Shown piece by piece: positions 27,576 through 36,500 of a stretch of 44,300 nt of DNA (positions within the stretch are counted from its first letter, which is position 1; each line of letters begins with the position of its first letter). Made by a program: the position numbers and the translations under genes. The stretch comes from a virus. Its lineage: Duplodnaviria; Caudoviricetes. The stretch covers positions 1 to 44,300 of the IMG/VR virus record IMGVR_UViG_3300012953_000057; one strand, written 5' to 3'. The notes beneath the pieces are model-generated. The model was given only the letters and a program-made list of their open reading frames with translations, was not told the origin of the DNA and ran no database searches.

Positions 27576-30500
27576 ATGCCAAATTATAGAGATCAAATAT
27601 GGGATTCATTAACAGCTGGAGATAGTGGTTACGCACAACGAGCTGGTAGCAAAGAAGCATGGATGAAAGATTTATATTCTAGTTCTAGCTTTACTGTTAA
27701 TTTATATAAATGGTTAAAAGAAAATAATAATGACTTAGTTAGTGATGTAAGTACTCCTCAAGATTTTTATACTAAAATGACAGACGGTTTAGGTAAAGGC
27801 GAACCTCAAAAACAAATTAGTAGAGAGCAGCAAGAGTTTAATCAGTTTTACTCAACTTATAAGCCTTTGTTAGAAGGTAAAAAAGATGAAGAAATAATAA
27901 GCGCTTATAAAAGTGGTAAGATTGGCAACATGAAAACGGGTATCTTTAACTTGGATAGCATTGATAGATCCATTAAATACTCTACTCAACAAATGAAAAA
28001 TTTGATAACTGGAGATGGTAATGCTTATTCTGGAGTTTTAAAGCCAAAAAACGATTTTTTATCCGGTGTATTAAAGCCAAAAGACGATAAAATAGATGAC
28101 GACATAGCGTTAAAGAAACCAATGTATCATAACGCATCATTAAAGTTTTTACCTGAGCTAAGTGATGAAGGAGGGGATGTTAATGATATGTTACATTCTC
28201 ATTTTGGTAAAGTACCTAATTCACCGTGGAAAGTAATGACACATGACTTTGCATTGGATATGGATAAAATAGGTGAGGTTAGAACTTACTTAACAATGCT
28301 TAAAAATGCTGGAGCAAGTAAAGAAACCTTAGATAAAGTAGCTTACTTAAACCTAAAAGGAAATCAACAAGTATATGCTAACAAGTCTAAAATAGACGCT
28401 GTGTCACCCAATAACAAAGGTTTTGAAAGTAGTGTTATATCAACTAAAGACGCTCAAGGAGAAAGTGTAGGGTTTGGAGGTTTTCTTACTAATTATCTAA
28501 ACTCTAATGATGGAACACCAATGTCTCCTGAAATAGTAAACACCTGGTGGAATGAAAAAACAATTGAGCCTATAAAACAGGAGGATCCTAAATTCTTTAA
28601 TGGTTTACAAATGTTTTCAGATGAAGAAACTAGAGATGAATATTCAGAATTATTAGGAAATTATTACGAAGCTAATAGCAACTGGCAAAAGGTTCAACGT
28701 GGTGAACTTACAGGAATGGGAATTTTCAACGTTACGCTAAACGATCAAGGAAGAGGTCAATCTTTGTATAATGAAACATTATATGATTATGCTAATGCTA
28801 CTAATAAATTAATGACATTTTGGTTTAATAAATCTCCCGAAGGTGCTAAATTAAAAAATGAAATAACTAAAGCTAGTATAATAGCAAACAAGACGCAGTC
28901 TGAAGAGTTGATAGCTAATAACGTTGATTCAGATTTAAACGTGGTAGATGCTTCAATTAATTTAGATGGTAAGACTACTGATTCTTCTAAAGCAAATATT
29001 AAAAAGAAAGTACAAACAATAAAAACTATAACAGATTTAGATACTTATAATTCTTCTGCTAACCAAATATCTGTATTGGGTAGGTTTACCGCTCAAGACG
29101 CCGACGATATAGTTACGTTAAATCAGGAATCGCTAGTTCTTAGAGATCAATATCAAAACGCAATAAACATAAAAGCTGAAGAAATATATAATGGTTTTTC
29201 TGAAGAGTATAAAAAAGAAAAAGGAAACGAAGCCTTGATGGAGGCGACTGTTAAAGCGACAGAACAACTTGGTAAAGATCCAAACTTCGTTAAATTAATG
29301 GAGATGGGAGATAAGTATAAGTCTATAATACAGCGAGGATTTAAAGACTTGAAGTTAGGTGAAATAAAAATGATTATTGATCCTATGACAGGTGAAACTA
29401 TATTGAATCCTAAGAAAGAAGATCTATCTGACGCTGGTAAAAAAGCATTAACAGAATATGAAGAAATATTTAATAGTTATAATACTGGCATTTTCACAAA
29501 CGAAACAGTAGGTAACTTATTAAGAAATGTTCAACTCGCTTTAATGACTAATATAAAAGACATCAGAGGTGTTTATGATGAGGCAGGTTATTTAAGACAA
29601 ACAGAAGGTTTCAGTATGGGAGCTCTTACTCAAGAGTTTTCTGAAAGTTTTAATGTAACTACTAAATTAGATTCTAAAACAACAGCTGATGACTTCAGAT
29701 ACTTTGATAAAGCTATAGCTAACTTTGATAAAACAGGATTGTTAAACTTTGAAGAGTTAACTCCTTTAGTAGGCTCTTCTAGACATATAGCAGTACAAGA
29801 GTATAATTCTAACTTAAATAAATTAAGGGCTCTTTCAGAAGTATATCTATTAAATTATGATCCACTTCAAACAATGAAAAATGAAAATGCTAAATTAAAA
29901 GAAGATGAAAGCTATTTAATAGATGGTGGTAGCAGATTATTGAGAGGTATGATTGATGGTGGTCCAGAAGCCATAGGCTTAAAGTCACTTAGTAATGTGG
30001 CGCTTACAGACGAAGATATACAACAAGAGTTTGTATATTCTATGGCTGAAGATTTTGGAATAGATGAAAATGAAAAAGGAGAGAAGCTGCAGGATGTGCT
30101 TAATAAAAAAATAGAGGATAAATCTATGTTTTACAAAGTGGGTAAAGTAGTTCCTCAGTTTGGTGTAATGCTTTTAGAGACTGCGGCTATAGAATTTGCC
30201 ACGATGGGCATGGGCTCTGAGATTGCTTTAGCTAATATAGGTTATAAAGCTACTAGAATGTTTAGGTATTTATTTAGAGCAACTAAATTAGCATCGAAAG
30301 CGCCTAGATTTAGTAGAAGAGCCGCTACCGTTATGGGAGGTTGGACTAAAGCTATGGTACACGAAGCAATGATACTTGAAGGATCAAATCAAATAGGTGG
30401 CGCTTTATGGGGTAGAGAAAGAATGCCTGTTGGATCTTTTGCTTTTGGCGCCGTTGGTGCTAAGATGGGTTTTAAAATGCTTAGTAGAAATTATGCTGGT

Positions 30501-33500
30501 TTTAAAGCTGCTATGTTAGCAAGACAAGGTATGCTTGGTAGAGGTGCTATTGGAAAAGTATGGACAGAAACTACTGAAATAATGGCTAAAAATCCTTTAT
30601 TAGTAGGTGGTATTAGTTATATGCCTAAAAAAATGTTGCAAGCTGGTATAGGTACAGCCACTATAAAATCAGGTGAAATGATTGGTAGCATTGCTGATCT
30701 ATGGAAAGGTGAAATGAGTTATCAACAATTTTGGGATCACGCTTTAGATGAAGATTCTTTTATAGAAACGTTTGGTGCTATGATGGTAATGGGAGCAAGA
30801 ACTAGCTTTAAAGATGGTAGATTAGCGTTTAAACACGTATCAAACAATGTTACGTCGATGACTGGTAACGCTGGTACTAAAAAGTGGAATGTTATGGGTA
30901 AACAGATGGGTTTACCTAAGATTAAGAAATGGAGTAGAGATAGTCATGGAGAAGGTAAAACCCACTGGAGTGAAGCACAATTAGCAGAGGCACAAACTAA
31001 AAAGATTCAAGAAATAAACAATAATAAAAATCTCAACGACGCTCAAAAGAAAGCTGAAATTGAGAATACTAATAAAATATTTAAGTTCTTAAGTTTAAAG
31101 TCGGCTCTTGATGGTTATAGAATGGAAGGTGAAGCAGCAGCTAAAGCCCACGTGTTTGGTGAAGGAACTATGAATAGCAATATGGATAAAATTATTAATA
31201 GAATATCCAGAGGTGAAAATACAAATTTAAGAGATCAGATATTGTTAGGTCAACAATTAAGATACGAAGCTGTAGACTTCCAAGGAAAAACAGATTTATA
31301 TACTCAAAACAGATTAATTAAAGAGTTACAAGGAGCTGGTATGAGTGAAAAAGCTGCTCAGAATTACGTGGAAGGGTGTAAAGAATTAGCGTCTGTACAA
31401 GATGGTTATCAGTTTAAAGAAGGATCTAATACACAAAAAAACTTTTTTAAAGCTCAAAAAGAAAGTATGGAACTTAATTCTAAAGAAAAGTCTTTAAGAG
31501 AAGCTTATAAAGCTAATAATATATCTAAAAGTACTTTAGATTTAGAATTAGAAATGATAAAAGAAAGACAATCAGAATTATTAGAAGTAGAAAGAAAACT
31601 TATAAAAGAAAACGCTGCAAGTAATAAAGCTGATATTGAAACAATAAAAAGAGAATTTAACAAAGCAGAGGTTAAAGAGTATGAAACTACCGCTGAGCTT
31701 AATGAAGCACTGAAAAAATTTAAAGACAGAGGTATAGAGGCTGGAGATATTAATGAAACAAATTATGGATACAATTTCAATGTTGGTGGTAAAGAGTTTG
31801 TTTTTGTTGACAAATCAAAAGCTAACACTGCTAGGATAGAATTTGAAAAAGAGTTTGAAAGAAGTAAACCTATGTTTGGTGAAGCTGGATCTGGTAACAG
31901 TTTTAAAATAATAGACGGAGCTAAGAAAAACACTATGTTCCACGAAGTAATACATCCTGTTATAGAAGGATATATTAAAGGACCTAAAGGTGAAATTTTA
32001 GTTGATCAATTTGTAGATGTTTTAAAACAAACAGGTGAATATGAGTTAGTTTTAGATCAATTAAAAAGTCATCCTGATTATAAACAAGGTTATAGAGGAT
32101 CTGAGTGGATGACTATATATGCTGAAATGGTTAGAGACGGTAGATTAGACCCTTACATAAAAGGTGCTAAAAAAACTAGAGCTTTCAAAAACTTTAAAAG
32201 TAAACTAAACGAATTAATATCTGATAGCAATAAAAACTTTGGTGAAGAATTTTTTGCTGATGGTGTAGATGCTAGAGACTTTCTATTGCATTACGCTAAA
32301 GCTGAAGGTAAAGACTTTGCTAAAGCAAGTAAAGTAGCTAATGAAGCTGTACAAGAGTTTAACAATCCTAGTGAATTGTTTAAAAGTGCTAATAAAAAAG
32401 TAGCAGACGTTGGACCTGAAATAAATAAACTGTACCTTAAGTATAAAGATACTTGGAGTGAAGGTGGTTCTAGAAAAGCATTGCAAGAGATAACTAAAAA
32501 AGGTTTACTTGATAAATTAATAGGCGCGCAACTTCCAGTTAATAGGTACGAAAAAGGTTGGACGCCAGAGCTAGACAAACAGTTTGTGCAAAGTGTTTAC
32601 GGCGAGTTAACTAATCACATAAAAGGTTTTGACAAAGCAAAACAAACAACTAGTGGTAGTAAAGGTTTTTTCCCATGGATTAATTCTTACATATATCAAA
32701 AAGGATTAAACATAAAGAAAGCCATGGGAGTATTTGATACAGAGCTTTCATTAGATAAATTAAAAGAAGATGGCGGCTTTGATCCAACAGATGGTTCTTA
32801 TAAAACTTTCGGTGAAGGTCCAGTAAAGCCGGCTTATAAACCTCTAACGTCTAAACAAGTTTTACTTAAAACTAAATTAAAACCTGAAAGCACTACTAAA
32901 TTAGATAAAACTTTTGCTGAGTTAGACTTCAAAAAACTTATTAAAGCTTTTAATACTCCAGCTGGTAAAAATCAAACTATATCTCCATTTATAAGAGAGT
33001 TTAAAAAAGATTTTGGAGCAAAAGGGCAAAAAGCTGTAGCTGAAACTATGGGTAAAAAGAAAGCTGATTATCTAAGATATCTTGATAATGCTTTTGAAGG
33101 AATAATTGAAACGTTACCTGTGGGGTATCTGTCTAGAAACTTTCCTTACTTAGTAGAAAAAAGTGCTGAAGCTAGTTCTACAGGTAGAGATAATAGATTT
33201 ACTTCAGGACCTAGAGCTATAAAATTAAAAAGTAATATTACAGAACTAGACAAGACACAGTTTATAAAAGACGCAGCCCCTAGTAGATGGCAAGCTAAAA
33301 GAGATGGTTTAGCTTATCAAATAGCAGATAGCTACGGTAGTAAAAGATTTTTAGAAATAGTAGATGCTAAAAATGAAATAGAAAATAAACTTGATTTAGC
33401 AGAAAAAGATTTTGAAACATCTCAAAATGAACTAGCTGATGGTCAAATAAGCAGAAAAGAGTTTGATGTTCGCAGAGATAATTACATGTCAGATGTAAAA

Positions 33501-36500
33501 AGATTAATGGCAGAAGGTAACGCTATAGAAGGTTTTGATCAAGCGTTTAAAGAAGGTGATGTTAAAAGTTTTCAAGAAAAAGTAAATCAACAAATTGAAA
33601 TATCTAATTTTAGAAAGAGTGCTGCTGTTCGTAAAGCAATAAACGACCATGTAAAGGGAAGAGCTTCTTCTATGTTAGATATCATAGCAGATGTAAATAA
33701 TAAGATGATGGAGCTTGCTCCTAAGTTAGGTAGAACTCTGGATGCTGACAAAGTAAGAGAAATATATGGTGAATTAGTTGGTAAAGAATACGCTGGGGGT
33801 TTTGAAATAACAAAAGGTGTAGCTACTGCAATGGCTAAAGAGTTTGTAAAAACTAGATCAAGAGTTCAAGAAGGTTTTAAAGCTACTAAATTAAAAATAG
33901 AAGCTGAAGGTGCAAAACTTAAAAAGATACAATCAGAAATAGAAAAAGACGTACTTGAGTATGAGACTAAAGAAGCTTTAGATGAAATGACTGCAGAAAA
34001 AACTGAAGCAGATAAAATGGCAAAACAACTCCTTGGAGAAAAAGCACAATACACTTTAAAGGAAAATGCTTATCTTAGAGCTGAAGAAGGTATAGTTAGA
34101 ACTATGGATTACTTTGAAAGAAAGCTTGATGGATTAGAAGGTAAAGAGTTAGAAGCTGCAGTAACTAATTACTTAAAAAACAATGCAGGACACTTGGTTA
34201 CAGCAGGTGGTATTGAAGGTCATAGAGGACAATTTTTTAAAGCAATGCCAGACCTTTTAGCTAGAATGAAGCCTATATTAGAAGCTAAAGGAGTTGAATT
34301 AGAATTTAAAACAAACGAAAAAGGAAGATTAACTGGTGGAGTAAAACTTAATGGCGAGAAATTAGACTTAACTAAGAAAAGTCAAAAGCCAGAAAGCGTA
34401 AGGTACTTATTAGATTATGTAAAGGAAATCGCTAAAGATCCTAACTGGGCTGAAAATAATCCTGAGAAGTTTGAAAAATTAGTAGAAGAATATGAAACAA
34501 GGTTAGCAGAATCAGAGTTGTCAAGAGATGCTTTAGTAGATGAAATTGTAGATGATTTTGTTCAGTTTAAGAAAGGGAAAATGGACGCTGAGATGTTAGT
34601 GTTAAAACTTAATAGTTATAATACAAACATGAGAACACATTTAAGAGAAGCTGCTGGCTTAGCTGATGTAATGGTTCCACTGGAAGGTGATATACTAAAA
34701 GATTTAACAATAGAACATAAGCGTGCTGCGGATCCTATGCTTCGTAGAATAGTAGCAGAAATGCAAAATAAAAATAACTGGAAAGGTTTAGAACTTAAAC
34801 AAAGTGCAAGAGAAAACATAAACAAACTATTTGAACAATACGAAACTGCACTAGTAGAAACTAGTAGAACCAAAGGTGATAAAAATAGTTTTGATAAAAT
34901 GTTAGAAGATTCTTTCAAAACAGAAACACCTAGAAAATCTTTAATAGTTAAAGGAGGAGAAAGATATCCCCGTGCTTATAATAAGTTTACACTTGGTGAT
35001 AGAAGAGCTAGAGCTATGTTAGATCTTAAAAAATATATAGAGACAAAAGATTTTGAAGCTTCTAAATACGGTAAGGAGCATGAGATAGCTGCTAAAATAG
35101 AACGCAACGAGAAGGTGACTGACTATGATAGAAAAGTTGTAGACAATATTTCTTATATGAGTAAGTCGGCAACTAAAGGTAAATCTAAGTCTGAGTTAAT
35201 AGAAATTACAGACAAAGCAGACAAAGCACTAGAAAATGGTAGAAAAATAGATGCACCAGTTAAAAAAGCGAGAGTATTTGATTTTGATGACACCGTTGCT
35301 AGAACAAACAGTAAAGTGTTTGCTACTAAAGGTGGTGAAAAGAAAATACTAACAGCTGAAGAGTTTGCTAAAAATGGTAAAGACTTAGTTGATGCTGGTT
35401 GGAAAATGGATTTTTCTGATTTTAACAAAGTTGTTGATGGTAAAAAAGGACCATTGTTTGACTTAATGAAGAAAATGAAAGAAGCAGAGGGAGATAGAGA
35501 TATGTTTATCTTAACTGCTAGAGCAGCCGAATCGGCACCAGCTATACATGAGTTCTTAAAACAAATGGGAATTGATATACCTTTAGAAAATATAGTAGGT
35601 CTTGGTAATTCTACAGGAGAAGCAAAAGCACAGTGGTTAGTTGGTAAAGCTGGAGAAGGTTATAATGATTTTTACTTTGCTGATGATCATATGGCTAATG
35701 TAGATGCTGTTAAAAAAGCTTTAGAACCTATAGATGTTAAATCTCAAGTTCAGCAAGCTAGAATAAATAAAAGCTCGGTAGATCTAGATAAAAGATTTAA
35801 TCAAATAATTGAAGGTAAAACTGGTATTGGAGCTGAAAAAGAATTTTCAAAAGCAAAAGCTAAAGTAAGAGGAGCAGAAGTAAGTAGTTATAAATTAATG
35901 GGTCCATCAGCTCAAGATTTTTCTGGATTAATGGATTACACTTTAGGTAAAGGTAAAGTTGGTGAAGCTCAAAGAGAGTTTTATAATGAGACTTTATATA
36001 AACCTTATAGCAGAGCTCAAAGAGCTTTATCTCAAGATAGAGTAAACCTTATGTCTGATTTTAAAGCTTTGAAAGCTGAATTAGAAGTACCAAAAGATTT
36101 AAGAGAAACAACTAAGTCTGGTTTCACTAAAGAACAAGCTGTAAGAGTTAACTTATATACTAAAGCCGGTTATGAAGTACCAGGAATATCTAAAACAGAT
36201 TTAGCTGAGTTAAATAAAATAGTAGAAAACGATCCTAAACTTTCTACATTTGCTAATCAAATATTATCAATAACCAAAGGTGATGGATATGCAAAACCAA
36301 AACAACATTGGTTATCAGGTACTATAACAACAGACTTTTTAGATTTATTAAATACTACCAAAAGAGGTAAGTACTTACAAGAGTGGCAAGCTAATGTCGA
36401 TGTTATGTTTTCTGAAAAGAACATGAATAAATTAGAAGCAGCTTATGGTCCTAAATATAGAGAAGCCTTAGAAAATAGTCTAGCCAGAATGAAAGCTGGT

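Noticed and set aside
35274-35297. VFDFDDTV as the DxDxD catalytic loop of a crAss-type virion RNA polymerase
   Set aside because: It reads DxDxT and is followed in order by HAD motifs II-IV, so a HAD phosphatase explains it better.
32283-35428. Several antisense ORFs within the giant gene (and similar ones at 40806-41156, 42279-42461, 43869-44081)
   Set aside because: Ser/Leu/Phe-rich shadow frames produced by the codon bias of the sense gene.
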